Shown here piece after piece: positions 11,586 through 22,865 of a DNA stretch of 64,000 nt. Position 1 is the stretch's first letter; every line of letters begins with the position of its first letter. Position numbers and translations under genes: made by a program. Origin of the DNA: an uncultured Acidobacteriota bacterium. GTDB lineage: Bacteria > Acidobacteriota > Terriglobia > UBA7540. The notes below the pieces were generated by a model. It saw nothing but the letters and a program-made list of their open reading frames with translations. It ran no database searches and was not told where the DNA came from. The stretch spans positions 1,536,001 to 1,600,000 of the forward strand of contig CAWDSK010000006.1 of assembly GCA_963804995.1 (NCBI GenBank). Reading direction: 5' to 3'.

Positions 11586-13544
11586 TTATGGCGCAATGTG
11601 AAGAGTGTCGGCGAAGGCCCGCACGACTTTCGGGTCGTAGCGGCCTCTATCCATACCTTTGAAAATTTCACTCATTGACACGCGCGAATCCCATGCGTCG
11701 TGATAAGGCCGCCAGGAAGTCAGAGCACTGTAAGCCTCCGCCACCGAAGTGATCCGCGCTCCCAGGGGAATGGCTTCGCCCCGCAAGCCGTCAGGAAACC
11801 CGCTACCGTCCCAGGCTTCGTGGTGATGGAGAACGATTTCGAGAAGACCGGGATCGACGTAACCCATTCGCCGGCAGGTGGCAACGCTTTCTACCACATA
11901 CTTTTCGAGCAACTTGGATTCCTGATCGGTCAGGCTGCCCCGGCGATTCAGGACGTGATGAGGGACTGCCTCCTTGCCGAGATCCTGAAGATATCCGGCC
12001 AGCAGGATGGTTTTCTTCAATTCGTCATTCAGCTTCAACCGGTCCGCTATGGCGTAGGAGAGCAGCGCCACAACGCGGCAATGGCCAATGGCCCCGTCCA
12101 GGGCTTCGACCGCCAGGACCACGTCCTCCGGAATCTCAATGTGCGACTGGGCCTTCCCGTAAGCCACCGCCACGGCGGGAGGTATTACGGCGGGGTCGCT
12201 CCAGCGGTCCCGAATCTCGTTCACCTCATAGACGGTGATCTTCTGCACTTTGCCCTTCAACTGGATCTTTTCAAATTCATCCCGTTTGATATTGGCATCA
12301 GCATAGGCCAGTTTGATTTGCGTGGAGTCGGGGTCCAGGGCGAGAGCGCGCTCAAAGTAGCGAATTGCCGAGGTGGCATCGTGGAGCTCGAAATTGATTT
12401 TTCCCAGTTGATAAAGAAGTTCCGGGGTCTCATTTTCCCGGCTGAGTTTTTCCTCTAGTGCTGTCATGCGATCGACCAGGTCATGATCGGACTGGCGGCC
12501 GTACCCCATGTTGCGAAGCCGCGTGGCGGTCACAAAAGGCTCGACCGCGCGGAAGGTCGGTTCGTCGATGTACACTTTGCCGGCTTCGCAAATCTCCTCG
12601 AGCCGCTTGGCCACGTTGACGCGATCGCCCACGGCGCTATAAGCCTGCCGCCGCACCCCCAACATACCCACTACCGTGTTCCCGGTCGCAATGCCCACGC
12701 GCAGACGCCACGGCAGATCGAGCGTCTTCATCCTCTGTTGCATGCGGAGCCCGGCCAGGACCGCCAACAGCGCGTGCCGGTCGAAATCCACAGGGGCGCC
12801 AAATTCCACCATCACCCCGTCACCCATGTACTTGTCGATATGCCCACGAAAGAGTTCCACGACGGGTTCGATCTGGCCCAGGAAGCGATTCAGTTCCTCT
12901 AACACTAACTCCGCCCGGTTCTTGTCCGAGTAGCCCGTGAAGTCGGTGAGATCCGTGAACATGATGCTGATTTCACGCTTTTCGATGCGGAGCTTTCCCT
13001 CTGTAGCCAGCTTCGCCACCACCGGGTCCATCGTGGCGTACAGAGCCTTTTCCACTTTCTCCTTCATCTCTTCGGTTACGCGGCTGCGCTTCAGTTCCTC
13101 ATAAAGTTGGCGGGTCTCCGCGAAACCCTTCGCGAGTCTCTCCTGAAGCGAGCCAATGGCAGCACTGGCGAGGATCAGGAACCCACCCCAGGTTGCCAGC
13201 ACCAGAAGAGCATTCAGCCGCGTTCCCGTCACCGCAAACCAGCCGGGGCGGTAGTACGCAAACAGGACCCCTGAAAGGAAACAGAGGACGGCACTCATCA
13301 CTGCCTGACGCTTGCCCAGGAAGTACGCAGCCGTCAAGACCGGCAGGTAAAAGAAATTGAGGAAGGCGATCTTGTAGGGAAAAAGGTAGAAGACGCTGAC
13401 CACGATGCTCAAGAGCAGGAGGATGAATAATCCCTCCAGATGCCGAATGATAAAATTCCGAAATCGCAGCGGCCAGGTCCCTCCCAGACCAATGGGAAAG
13501 GCGTTTTCATCCACCAAGGACACGTGATATTTGTCTTCTGCCAT
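11586..13544 (-). CDS. membrane-anchored class III adenylate cyclase with TPR insert and C-terminal degenerate HD-GYP domain
   Basis: 4 TM helices; [50 protein letters not shown]. Confidence 0.9.
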   Translation of the reverse strand: MAEDKYHVSLVDENAFPIGLGGTWPLRFRNFIIRHLEGLFILLLLSIVVSVFYLFPYKIAFLNFFYLPVLTAAYFLGKRQAVMSAVLCFLSGVLFAYYRPGWFAVTGTRLNALLVLATWGGFLILASAAIGSLQERLAKGFAETRQLYEELKRSRVTEEMKEKVEKALYATMDPVVAKLATEGKLRIEKREISIMFTDLTDFTGYSDKNRAELVLEELNRFLGQIEPVVELFRGHIDKYMGDGVMVEFGAPVDFDRHALLAVLAGLRMQQRMKTLDLPWRLRVGIATGNTVVGMLGVRRQAYSAVGDRVNVAKRLEEICEAGKVYIDEPTFRAVEPFVTATRLRNMGYGRQSDHDLVDRMTALEEKLSRENETPELLYQLGKINFELHDATSAIRYFERALALDPDSTQIKLAYADANIKRDEFEKIQLKGKVQKITVYEVNEIRDRWSDPAVIPPAVAVAYGKAQSHIEIPEDVVLAVEALDGAIGHCRVVALLSYAIADRLKLNDELKKTILLAGYLQDLGKEAVPHHVLNRRGSLTDQESKLLEKYVVESVATCRRMGYVDPGLLEIVLHHHEAWDGSGFPDGLRGEAIPLGARITSVAEAYSALTSWRPYHDAWDSRVSMSEIFKGMDRGRYDPKVVRAFADTLHIAP

Positions 13545-13594
13545 GGGTCGCCCCAGACATGCATGAATATGAAGTCACTTAGATCTCGTCGCGT

Positions 13595-13623
13595 ACTATA
13601 ACTTCGGATTTCCCAAAGGGCAA
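13595..13623 (-). promoter_or_regulatory. sigma70-type promoter of the cyclase gene
   Basis: TTGCCC-N17-TATAGT, 50 bp upstream of ATG. Confidence 0.5.
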
Positions 13624-13953
13624 GTGAAGTCTTGTAGAACAGTCTGATATTAGTTACTTAGCATTTTAGTTATATCGTGTGCACCTCTAACCCCGGGGCA
13701 TGTGTCCCTCCTCGCCTGCCTGAGCAGGCTTTCGAGCACCCCCCCGCAGCCAGGTTAACGCGGTGCCACGGGTTGGGCCAGACCGTTCCGCGAGGGGGGG
13801 AAACGTCCGCCCTCAACGGCACCGCTGTTGAGAAGCCGCCTCTGTTGTAGAATCAAGGTCTGCCGCCTGGGCTCCAGGGTGCCTTCCTGACCACATCGGA
13901 AAATACACCCGGCTATCGGCGCGGAGTTTCGACTTCCGGCTGACTCTGAACCC

Positions 13954-16383
13954 ATGAAACGATTTCTCAAGCGTCTGGCCCTCCTCCTCGTTAGCATCCT
14001 TCTGGTGGCGCTGGTAGGCGGCATGTGGCTCTACCGGCGCAGTCGCGCCTGCCTTCCCCAGCTCGACGGCACAATCCCAATGCCGGGGCTTTCCGCTCGA
14101 GTGGAGGTTCGGCGCGACGCCCACGGCGTGCCGCACCTCCGCGCCCAAACGCTTCCCGACGTTCTCTTTGCGCAGGGTTACGTCACGGCCCAGGACCGCC
14201 TCTGGCAAATGGACCTCAATCGCCTGCACGCGGAAGGGCGGCTGTCAGAAATCTTTGGCGATCGCACCTTGCGCCTGGACATTGAGAGCCGCACCTTGGG
14301 CCTGCCCCGCCTGGCCGAGCAGGGTCTCGCCGACCTCGATCCGGGCGCTCGTGCCCTGCTTGCTTCGTACACCCGGGGTGTGAATGCATTTATCGAAAGC
14401 CACCGCGACCGTCTTCCCCTCGAATTCCTGCTCCTTCGTTACCAGCCCCAACCCTGGAGAGATATCGATTCTGTGGCCGCGGTTTTAAATCTCTCCAGTG
14501 CCCTCAGCCAGACCTGGCGAGATGACTTGATGCGTGAGCACATCACGGCCAAGTTGGGCAAGGATCTCGCCTCCGACGTTTTGCCTGACCATTCTGCTCT
14601 CGATGTGCCGGTGGCAGAGGTCGCAGCCACAGCTCCGGCCAAGGCTGGCGCCAAAAGGGCCAGCGCCTGGCTTGAGGAGAGCCCGCTCGACGATCAGTTG
14701 CTCGCGACCGTGCTGGCTCCCTCGAACCTTGATTCGCAGGGTGGAGGTGGAAGCAATAACTGGGTCTTGCAGGGCTCCCACACCAAATCGGGCAAGCCTC
14801 TGCTGGCCAACGATCCGCATCTCGGCCACAGCATCCCGAGCGTCTGGTACATGATTCATCTTAAGGCGCCCGGACTGAACGTAAGCGGAGTCAGCCTGGC
14901 AGGCTTGCCGCTCGTGGTCATTGGCCATAACGAACATATCGCCTGGGGCATGACCAACACCGGTCCCGATGTTCAAGACCTTTACATGGAGAGCTTCAAC
15001 CTTGCCAACCCCAAGAAGTATCTCCACAACGGCCAATGGGTGGACGCGGAAGTGCGCGACGAAATCATCAAGGTCCGTGACCAGCGCGATTACCACCTCA
15101 CCGTCAAGGTCACACGGCACGGGCCGGTGGTTTCCCACGACGGCAACCGCGACCTGGCCTTGCGCTGGACTGCGCTCGAACCCCACGCCATCCGCCTTCC
15201 CCTGCTCGCCATCGATCAGGCGACCAATTGGCAGGAGTTCACAACCGCCCTCTGGGACTTCACGGTCCCGATGCAGAATTTTGTTTATGCGGATGTGGAA
15301 GGAAACATCGGGTATTATGCGGCGGGACTTGTGCCCATCCGCAAGCAAGGTGATGGCTCCGTTCCGGTGCCGGGGAGTACGGACGACTACGATTGGACGG
15401 GCTTCATCCCGTTTAAGGATCTTCCTCATGCTTACAATCCCGCCAGCGGGATGATCGCAACCGCCAATGGGCGCATTGTTCCTGACAACTATCCCTACGT
15501 GATCACCCGGAAGTGGGATGCTCCCTACCGCACCGCGAGAATATTCGAGCTCATCCGCGAAAGAAATTCCTTCGTTCCCTCCGACATGCTGCGGATCGAG
15601 ACTGACATCAACGCGCTCGACGACCAGTGGCTGGCCAAGCAACTTCTTTCGGCTGCCGCACAACGTGCTCCGGATGGACCCGAGGCCCAGTACGCCCTCA
15701 GTGTTCTAAAGGACTGGGACGGCCAGGCCCGCGCTGACTCCGCCGCCACCCTCATCTGCGAAGTCACACGCCGCGCCCTGCTGGAACGCATCCTCAAACC
15801 GAAACTGGGCGATAATCTTTCCGGGTATCATTGGCCCATGAGCACCATTTTTCTTCAGAATGTTCTGGAGCAGAATCTTGCCCGTTGGCTGCCTCCGGGG
15901 GATGCGGATTTCAACCTGACCCTGATGAAGAGCTTGGAGGAAGGTATCAAACGAATCCCTTCCTTGGTTCACAATCAGAGTCACTCCGCCTGGAGATGGG
16001 GCGACACCATTCCGTTGACCTTCCACCATCCGCTGAGCGTTGGGTTGCCGCTCCTGGGGCGCCTGCTGGATGTCGGACCTTTCCCGCAGGCAGGGACTGG
16101 CACCACCGTGAAACAGACAACTCCTCAGCTTGGACCTTCCATGCGCATGGTGGTGGATTTCTCAAACTTTGACGAGTCGATGCAAAATATCACCTTGGGG
16201 GAATCGGGCGAAGTCTTCAGCCCCTATTATCAGGACCAATTCGAAGCGTGGTACACCGGGCGGAGCTTCCCTATGCTGTTCAATGACACCGCCGTGGAGA
16301 AGGGCACAGTTCACAAGCTGGTGTTGGCGCCGGGGCGTGTCCCAGTTGGGGAATCCGGCGGTTACAGCGCGCCACTCCAATGA
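13954..16383 (+). CDS. penicillin acylase family Ntn-hydrolase (peptidase S45)
   Basis: RDAHGVPH, AQDRLWQMD, GSNNW autoproteolysis site, ANDPHL, GESG..FSPYYQDQ. Confidence 0.96.
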   Translation: MKRFLKRLALLLVSILLVALVGGMWLYRRSRACLPQLDGTIPMPGLSARVEVRRDAHGVPHLRAQTLPDVLFAQGYVTAQDRLWQMDLNRLHAEGRLSEIFGDRTLRLDIESRTLGLPRLAEQGLADLDPGARALLASYTRGVNAFIESHRDRLPLEFLLLRYQPQPWRDIDSVAAVLNLSSALSQTWRDDLMREHITAKLGKDLASDVLPDHSALDVPVAEVAATAPAKAGAKRASAWLEESPLDDQLLATVLAPSNLDSQGGGGSNNWVLQGSHTKSGKPLLANDPHLGHSIPSVWYMIHLKAPGLNVSGVSLAGLPLVVIGHNEHIAWGMTNTGPDVQDLYMESFNLANPKKYLHNGQWVDAEVRDEIIKVRDQRDYHLTVKVTRHGPVVSHDGNRDLALRWTALEPHAIRLPLLAIDQATNWQEFTTALWDFTVPMQNFVYADVEGNIGYYAAGLVPIRKQGDGSVPVPGSTDDYDWTGFIPFKDLPHAYNPASGMIATANGRIVPDNYPYVITRKWDAPYRTARIFELIRERNSFVPSDMLRIETDINALDDQWLAKQLLSAAAQRAPDGPEAQYALSVLKDWDGQARADSAATLICEVTRRALLERILKPKLGDNLSGYHWPMSTIFLQNVLEQNLARWLPPGDADFNLTLMKSLEEGIKRIPSLVHNQSHSAWRWGDTIPLTFHHPLSVGLPLLGRLLDVGPFPQAGTGTTVKQTTPQLGPSMRMVVDFSNFDESMQNITLGESGEVFSPYYQDQFEAWYTGRSFPMLFNDTAVEKGTVHKLVLAPGRVPVGESGGYSAPLQ

Positions 16384-16454
16384 AGATCGATAATGAAGTC
16401 AGCCTGGGTAGTAGGCGGAAGGAATAAGCTGTTGGCTATCAGCTTCCGGTTTAC

Positions 16455-16530
16455 AGCCCTCGCCCCCTTGGGGGAGAGGGTGGACCGCTGCCGGCGTTTT
16501 CATCAGCCGGAGCGGGACGGGTGAGGGGGT
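16455..16530. repeat. palindromic repeat family C
   Basis: CCCTCGCCCCCTTGGGGGAGAGGG...CGGCGTTTTCATCAGCCG...GGGTGAGGGG; the same core occurs inside the MITEs and at 50050-50270. Confidence 0.85.
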
Positions 16531-16600
16531 CATCCTGTAACCGATCTGGGATTCTGTAGCGCCGCGATCGACGCTGCGATTCAAGAGTCGATAGGATCAA

Positions 16601-18541
16601 ATGGAAATGAACCCATTGCCGCGACAACGTGATTCATCAGACCCGAGAAGAATAAGCTCGCTGGTGAAGTTAACCCGCTATTCCTATGTTCCTGCGATCT
16701 TGCTGCTCATTTACGTGACCCTGGGCCTTGCCACCGGGTCGCTCGCCGCACAGTCGCCCACCTTGCCGCCCTTGGAACTCGAGTACACGTTGCGCGTGTC
16801 CCGTCCGACAACACATCTGGTGGGCGTGGAAATCTTGGCGCGCAAGGTGGGAACCACTGACTTGGATTTCGTCCTGCCGGCCTGGGCGCCCGGCCGCTAC
16901 GCAATTTATGATTTCTCGAAGAACGTCCAGGAATTCTCCGCGCTCGGTACGAACAACCAACCTCTGGCCTGGAGAAAACTTGACAAGCAGACATGGCGAG
17001 TGGAGGCGCGCGCCGGCGGCGGGACGGTCAAAGCGAGTTACCAGGTCTTTGCCAATGACCTGACCGGATCGTTCTCGCAGGTTGACAGCATGCACGCCAA
17101 CCTGAATGGACCTTCCATTTTCATGTATGTCGATGGGCACAAGCCGGACCCCATCACTTTGAAGATCGAAGCCCCCACCCCCTGGCAAGTGATCAGCGGG
17201 TTTTCGACCTCCACCACCGACCGGACACTCCAGGCCCCCAATTACGATAGGTTGGTGGACACGCCGCTCGAAATCTCCGCCGAGTGTACGGTCGATCAGT
17301 TTCAGGAACAGGGAAAAACCATCCGGATGGCCGTGCACACTTTCAGTGAGGGGGACACGGATCGGTCGGAGCTCCTCGAGGGGCTCAAGAGAATTGTGCA
17401 TGCGGAAATGGCGGCCATGCCTCCGCCGGATTTCCCCCATTACCTTTTCATCTTTCACTTTGCTCCCGACATCGCGATGGGCGATGGCATGGAGCATTTG
17501 AACTCGACCCAGATCATTACGTCGGGCAGTCTGCGCGGATCGACCCGCGAGGCGCTGGAGACTGCCGCGCACGAATTCTTCCACGTCTGGAACGTGAAAC
17601 GCCTCCGTCCCTTGGCCTTGGGACCGTTCGATTACACACGGGAGAACTATTCGCCGTCGCTCTGGTTCGCGGAAGGGGTTACGACCTATTACGGTTATCT
17701 TTTCCTGCTCCGCTCCGGATTGTGGTCGCGCGGCGAGTTCCTGAATCATCTGGGGAGCGAGATCTTCTCCCTGGAGAGAGAACCCGGGCGTAAACTTATG
17801 TCGGCTGAATCTTCCAGCTTCGGCGCCTGGTTCTTTGACCGCTCACCGCAAATGCAGGAGACAAATTTCGCAAACTCAACTATCTCCTATTACAACAAGG
17901 GGGCGCTTCTGGGGATGTTGCTGGATTTGCAAGTCCGCTCCCGCACGGAGGGACGCAAATCCCTGCTGGATGTTATGCAGGCTATGTACCACAAGTTTTA
18001 TGAAGCTGACCCCACGACCTACTACGGACTAGGCCGAGGTTACGAGGAAAGGGATGTGGTGGAAGCGCTGAACGCCGTGACCGGGTCCGATTTTGCGCCG
18101 TTCTTTGAGTATTATGTTCGCGGCACGGAAGATCTCGCGTATGCCGAAACCCTCAAGTGGGCGGGCTTGGAGGTGCGGACGGAGGTTGCCCCCGAGGCAG
18201 CGCCCTCCCTCGGAGTGCTCGTGCAGCCTGAGAATATTGGCGCGCGGATCTTTGCCGTCATTCCAGGAGGCGCAGGGGACCGCGCCGGGCTCAGCCGCGA
18301 CGACTTGCTAATCGACGTTGATGATCAATCGCTCGCGACTGAGGATCTTTCCTCGCGCCTGCGACCTTACCCGGTCGGCGCTACAGTTCCCCTCACCGTG
18401 GAGCGTCACGGGCGCCGTGAACGTGAAAGGGTTACGGTAACCCTTGACCCGCCGGTCCGAACCCTGTACTCGATCGTGCCTTTACCCGGCGCAACCCCGG
18501 AACAGGAAGCCTTCCGTAACGCCTGGCTCGCTACGCAGTAG
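16601..18541 (+). CDS. M61 glycyl aminopeptidase family metallopeptidase with PDZ domain
   Basis: PAWAPGRY, GMEH, HEFFHVWNVKRLRP, LWFAEGVTTYY, C-terminal PDZ. Confidence 0.95.
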   Translation: MEMNPLPRQRDSSDPRRISSLVKLTRYSYVPAILLLIYVTLGLATGSLAAQSPTLPPLELEYTLRVSRPTTHLVGVEILARKVGTTDLDFVLPAWAPGRYAIYDFSKNVQEFSALGTNNQPLAWRKLDKQTWRVEARAGGGTVKASYQVFANDLTGSFSQVDSMHANLNGPSIFMYVDGHKPDPITLKIEAPTPWQVISGFSTSTTDRTLQAPNYDRLVDTPLEISAECTVDQFQEQGKTIRMAVHTFSEGDTDRSELLEGLKRIVHAEMAAMPPPDFPHYLFIFHFAPDIAMGDGMEHLNSTQIITSGSLRGSTREALETAAHEFFHVWNVKRLRPLALGPFDYTRENYSPSLWFAEGVTTYYGYLFLLRSGLWSRGEFLNHLGSEIFSLEREPGRKLMSAESSSFGAWFFDRSPQMQETNFANSTISYYNKGALLGMLLDLQVRSRTEGRKSLLDVMQAMYHKFYEADPTTYYGLGRGYEERDVVEALNAVTGSDFAPFFEYYVRGTEDLAYAETLKWAGLEVRTEVAPEAAPSLGVLVQPENIGARIFAVIPGGAGDRAGLSRDDLLIDVDDQSLATEDLSSRLRPYPVGATVPLTVERHGRRERERVTVTLDPPVRTLYSIVPLPGATPEQEAFRNAWLATQ

Positions 18542-18836
18542 CAACCGCATACTGGTTTGGGAAGTTTGCGGCTCGCCTCGTCTTAACAGTGAAAAGCCAC
18601 AAGCCAAATGAGATCCTAAGCCAGATTTCGGTCTTTTTGGCCGACCTCTTCACACAAAGCGCTGACATTAAGTCACTATTTGAAGGAAAGTCGAATTTTT
18701 CTGTCACTTTTCCCCACAAATTGCATTCATGTAGGTGAGGTGAGTGAAATGCACACCCGAGGCACATGGAAGATTTACTCCCCACCTCCGCGGCAAATTG
18801 TGGTGTGCAGAGCACTGACGAAAACTGGGGTGATTC

Positions 18837-19283
18837 ATGATTGAAGGCAAATTGCGTTTAACCACTGCGGAAGGCACAGGGCGCCAGTTCGTGGCCACGT
18901 CGGGCACCGGCCACGCGTTTGTGATGGACGACGCGGACGGGCACAGCGGCCCCAAGCCCATCGAATTCGCGCTCCTGGCACTCGGGGGGTGCGCGGCTTT
19001 CGACGTGATCAGCATCCTGCGTAAAAAGCGCCAGAATGTGACCGGCTACGAAATTGAAGTGCGCGCCGACCAGAACCCGGAGCCGCCGGCCTATTTCACC
19101 CGCGTGGAGATCAAACACCGATTGCGCGGCCAGATCGATCCCGAAGCTGTCGAAGCCGCCATTCACCTGTCGGAAACCAAGTACTGCTCGGTCGGCGCCA
19201 TGATTTCGAAGACGGCCAAACTCGAAACCACCTTCGAAATCCTCCCGGAGGAATCCCCGGAAATCCACCGCAAGGCAGCCTGA
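18837..19283 (+). CDS. OsmC/YhfA family protein
   Basis: GPKPIE..LGGC, KYCSV. Confidence 0.92.
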   Translation: MIEGKLRLTTAEGTGRQFVATSGTGHAFVMDDADGHSGPKPIEFALLALGGCAAFDVISILRKKRQNVTGYEIEVRADQNPEPPAYFTRVEIKHRLRGQIDPEAVEAAIHLSETKYCSVGAMISKTAKLETTFEILPEESPEIHRKAA

Positions 19284-19298
19284 GGGCACAATTCTCTT

Positions 19299-19327
19299 GT
19301 GACAATCCCCTCCACTGAGAATAGAAT
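19299..19327 (+). promoter_or_regulatory. sigma70-type promoter
   Basis: GTGACA-N17-TAGAAT upstream of the aminotransferase. Confidence 0.45.
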
Positions 19328-19412
19328 CCCGAGTTCAGGTTTCGTGGGTGGCTGACTTCGTCTTTCCCATCCGTTCAGCCTGGGTCTCAGCCACTCGACT
19401 CCGAGGATTCGC

Positions 19413-20518
19413 ATGAAAGTTCCCTATTCTGATTTGAAAGCCCAGTATGCCACGTTGCGCGAGGAGATTCTGGCGGCCCTCGACCGCGTGGGCAACCAGG
19501 CAGCATTTATCCTGGGTAAAGAGGTCGAAGGGCTAGAGTGGGAATTTGCGGCCTACTGTGGTGCGAAGCATTGCGTGGGCGTAAATTCCGGGACCAGCGC
19601 CTTGCATCTCGCCCTGCTCGCCGCGGGCGTAAAAGCCGGCGACGAAGTCATCACCACACCCAACAGCTTTATCGCCACCGCAGAAGCCATTTCCTATACG
19701 GGCGCGAAACCCGTGTTCGTAGATATCGACCCCCGGACGGCCAATATCGACCCCGGAAGATCGCGCAAGCTCTCACCCCTCGCACGCGGGCCATCCTGCC
19801 GGTACACCTTTATGGTCTGCCTGCCGAGATGGACCCGATCCTGGAGATCGCTTCGCGACACGGCTTGGCCGTTATTGAGGACGCTTGCCAGGCGCACGGT
19901 GCACGTTACCACGGCAAGCGCGTGGGGAGTATCGGAACGGCTGCGGCGTTCAGTTTTTATCCCAGCAAGAATATGGGCGCGTATGGAGAAGGCGGAGCGC
20001 TTACAACGAACGATGATGCGGTGGCCGCCCTGGCTCGCACGCTCCGCTCGCACGGTGAGGTGCGCCGCTACGCGCACGACCACATCGGATACAACTATCG
20101 GATGGAGGGCTTCCAGGGGGCGATTCTGCGCCTCAAGCTGGAACGGCTTGACCGGTGGAATGCGCGTCGCAAGCAGCTTGCTGAGATCTATCGGCGCGTC
20201 CTGGCCGGGGCGCGGGTTGAGGTGCAGGAAGATGATCCCCGCCACGAGAGGGTTTATCACCTGTGGGTGGTATATGTTGAGGGCCGTGACGCCGTCCGCG
20301 CGAAGCTGGAGGAACGCGGTGTCGAAACCGCGATCCATTATCCGGTCCCGATTCATCTGCAGCAGGCCTACCAGTTTCTTGGCTATTCCAAACGAAGCTT
20401 CCCGCACGCCGAGCAAGCTTGCGAACGAGCCATCAGCATGCCGCTTTATCCGGAGCTGACCGACGAGCAGGTGACCTACGCGGCAGAGAGTCTGCGCGAA
20501 ATTGTGGGAGCGAACTAG
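19413..20518 (+). CDS. DegT/DnrJ/EryC1/StrS sugar aminotransferase (frameshift near 19755)
   Basis: NSGTSALHLAL in one frame; PVHLYG, EDACQAHG, SFYPSKNMG, GYNYRM in the next frame. Confidence 0.9.
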
Positions 20519-22533
20519 CCGAACTTTCGCACTTCAGGGTGTTGAGTTGGGTTAACTCGCTTCTTTTCAGTACAGGCATTGCCAAGGTCTGGCCTACAAA
20601 CGCAGCATTCCAGCAGGAAAGATTTCCGGCTGGACCGTGATCCTGGGCGGTGGCTGAGTGGGGAGCACGAGCTGCAGTTCGTGCAACAGGAGCTTTTGTT
20701 CGGGTGTCGGCTCGGTGTAGCGGGGCATCACTAATCGGCGCCCATCCGTGGTCGGGAAAGACACATCGAGCATCTGCATGCCCGCCAGCTTCTCCAGCAC
20801 CGCTTTCGGCGTCAGGCCCGGAGCGTGGGCCTGCAGACGCTGTTTCAGCGTCACCCACAAGCCGTACGCCAGAAAGGCAATGAGGATGTGGGCCTCGACG
20901 CGATGTTCTATTTGATGATAAATCGGCCGAATTCCCAGCTCACTCTTCAAACACTTAAAGGCCGCTTCGATCTGCGCCAGTTGCATGTAGCGGTCCCACA
21001 ACACCTCGGGATTTTCCCCCGTCAGATTGGTGCGCAACAGATAATGTCCATCGCGCCGCTCCGCTTCCTCCAACTTGCTGCGCTCGAGCCGGAACTGGAA
21101 GGTCTGGCGAGTCACTTCTTCCTGGGCCTTGGGCACGCTGATCTTCACGAAACCGAAGGCCCGTCCGGCTTCACTCTTGGCTGCTCCGATCTTCATCAGC
21201 AACGCATCACGCGTCGGACACACGCGCCGCAAGGCCCGCAGCCTCCACAACAGCCGTGCCAGCTTGCGTCGACGGATGGCCATCTCTTTCGCCTGGCGGC
21301 CTGCGCTCTTCGCCAGCACATACAACTCGCCTTCCTCCGCGAACAGTTTCACCTCTACCGACTCGCGCACCTTCCGCCACGGCAGTTCCGTCCACTTCGC
21401 TTCGTACTGCCGGATCTTGCCCCGTGGCGTCCCCACCAGGTAAAACATCTCCCGCCCCGGGGTGCGCATCTCCGCCAGCAGTTCTTCACTGGGAACTCCC
21501 CGATCCATCATCCACACCCGCCGTGCCTTGCCGTACACGCTCTCGATCTTGTCCAGAAAACCGCGCAAGCTGTTCCGGTCGGAAGTATTCCCCTCCATCA
21601 CTTCGTAGGCCAGCGGGAAACCTTCCGGCGTCAGCACCAGGGCGATCACCACCTGCCGACAGTCGAACCGCCCGTCCCGGCTGTAACCGTGGCGGGCTTT
21701 GGGAATCGCTTCCGCCTCTCCTTCCACATAGGTGCTGGTGAGATCGTAGAGGAGCAGATCAAAGCGCGCCGCAAAGAGGTCTTGCCACCGCAGCCGCAGG
21801 TGCTGGAACAACTCCGCCTTGTGCGCCAGTATTCGATCCAGACAACGATAGAGCCGGTCCTTCTCGGCCACCGCGAAGTTCACTGCCAGCAACTCGGCCA
21901 TGGCGGTCTGATCGAACCAGTGCCGATGCACACGGAATTCGCTGCCCGGCTCGATCAACCGGTTCACCACCAGCAGCCGTAGCACCTTCTCCCACGGAAC
22001 TCCCTCGCGCCCTTCCGGCAACCTCGCCTGCCAGAACTCGTCCAGCTTCAACTGGCGCCACAGCTCGCAGCCCAACCAACAGCCACCGAAGGTGCGCGGC
22101 CGCTCAACGCGCATTTCACTCAACTTCACTTGTACGCCGTCCACAGCATCCGCAGGAAGTTCGCGGTCCTCCGGGAAGAGGCTCAGGGACGCGAGGACGC
22201 GACGGTCCTCGTCAAAAACCTCCAGCGTCTTGCGCCACGCGGATTGTTGGCTGTCGTTGATTTCGCCCAGATACAGCACCGTCCGATGCACGACCTTCAA
22301 GCGCGACACGCGCCGACTCTCGACGATGCTGAAATAACGATGTTCCTTGCCGTCCTTTTTGCGTCGATGAATCTTCAGGTGCACGCCCCAGAATGCCAGA
22401 CCTTCGCGCCCCAGAAAAGAGGGTAGGTCGGGCCTACAAGCACTCTTCAACCCGCGCCCATTGAAGGCAAAGACCTTGTGCACCGCAAGCTGCCAAAATC
22501 AGCCCGGTAGCGGGTGGAAGTGCGAAAGGCAGG
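20519..22533 (-). mobile_element. IS1634-family insertion sequence
   Basis: Imperfect TIRs CCGAACTTTCGCACTTC / CCTGCCTTTCGCACTTC flanked by CTAG at 20515-20518 and 22534-22537; contains a transposase. Confidence 0.88.
20594..22384 (-). CDS. IS1634-family DDE transposase
   Basis: LYLGEIN, YDLTSTY, GYSRD, MDRG, IEAAFKCLK..RPIYH; probable GTG start at 22384. Confidence 0.93.
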   Translation of the reverse strand: MHLKIHRRKKDGKEHRYFSIVESRRVSRLKVVHRTVLYLGEINDSQQSAWRKTLEVFDEDRRVLASLSLFPEDRELPADAVDGVQVKLSEMRVERPRTFGGCWLGCELWRQLKLDEFWQARLPEGREGVPWEKVLRLLVVNRLIEPGSEFRVHRHWFDQTAMAELLAVNFAVAEKDRLYRCLDRILAHKAELFQHLRLRWQDLFAARFDLLLYDLTSTYVEGEAEAIPKARHGYSRDGRFDCRQVVIALVLTPEGFPLAYEVMEGNTSDRNSLRGFLDKIESVYGKARRVWMMDRGVPSEELLAEMRTPGREMFYLVGTPRGKIRQYEAKWTELPWRKVRESVEVKLFAEEGELYVLAKSAGRQAKEMAIRRRKLARLLWRLRALRRVCPTRDALLMKIGAAKSEAGRAFGFVKISVPKAQEEVTRQTFQFRLERSKLEEAERRDGHYLLRTNLTGENPEVLWDRYMQLAQIEAAFKCLKSELGIRPIYHQIEHRVEAHILIAFLAYGLWVTLKQRLQAHAPGLTPKAVLEKLAGMQMLDVSFPTTDGRRLVMPRYTEPTPEQKLLLHELQLVLPTQPPPRITVQPEIFPAGMLRL

Positions 22534-22561
22534 CTAGGTGGCCGCAAACGAGGAGATGAAA

Positions 22562-22764
22562 GGATTTCACCACAGAGTGCCAGCCCGCCGGATGGCGGGT
22601 CCATAGTGCCGGAAATGAAGTTTCTGGAGAGGCCACAGAGGTCACGGAGGACAGACGCGGATAAAAACTGACGGTCAACAAATCAGGGAACCTTAATTCC
22701 AAATCATTCCAGCAGAAGTACTTTTCTCTGTGGTCTCTGTGCGCTCTGTGGTGAAGCTCTTCTT
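22562..22764. repeat. inverted-repeat element with 9-bp period (family D, CACAGAG)
   Basis: GGATTTCACCACAGAG...GTGGTCTCTGTGCGCTCTGTGGTGAAGCTCTTCTT; both ends shared with 51830-52269. Confidence 0.8.
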
Positions 22765-22780
22765 ACTGCGGAAAACGCTT

Positions 22781-22809
22781 TTGACCCTTTCTTCCCGGCA
22801 TGGTACTTT
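22781..22809 (+). promoter_or_regulatory. sigma70-type promoter of the glycosylation operon
   Basis: TTGACC-N17-TACTTT with extended -10 TG. Confidence 0.5.
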
Positions 22810-22865
22810 CAGGAACGAAACCCGAGGTCGCCGGGTTCACGAGTAAAATTGCACAGGCTCCAAGG

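Noticed and set aside
18600..18836. Riboswitch or ncRNA upstream of the OsmC gene
   Set aside because: Long intergenic region, but no known aptamer consensus recognisable by eye
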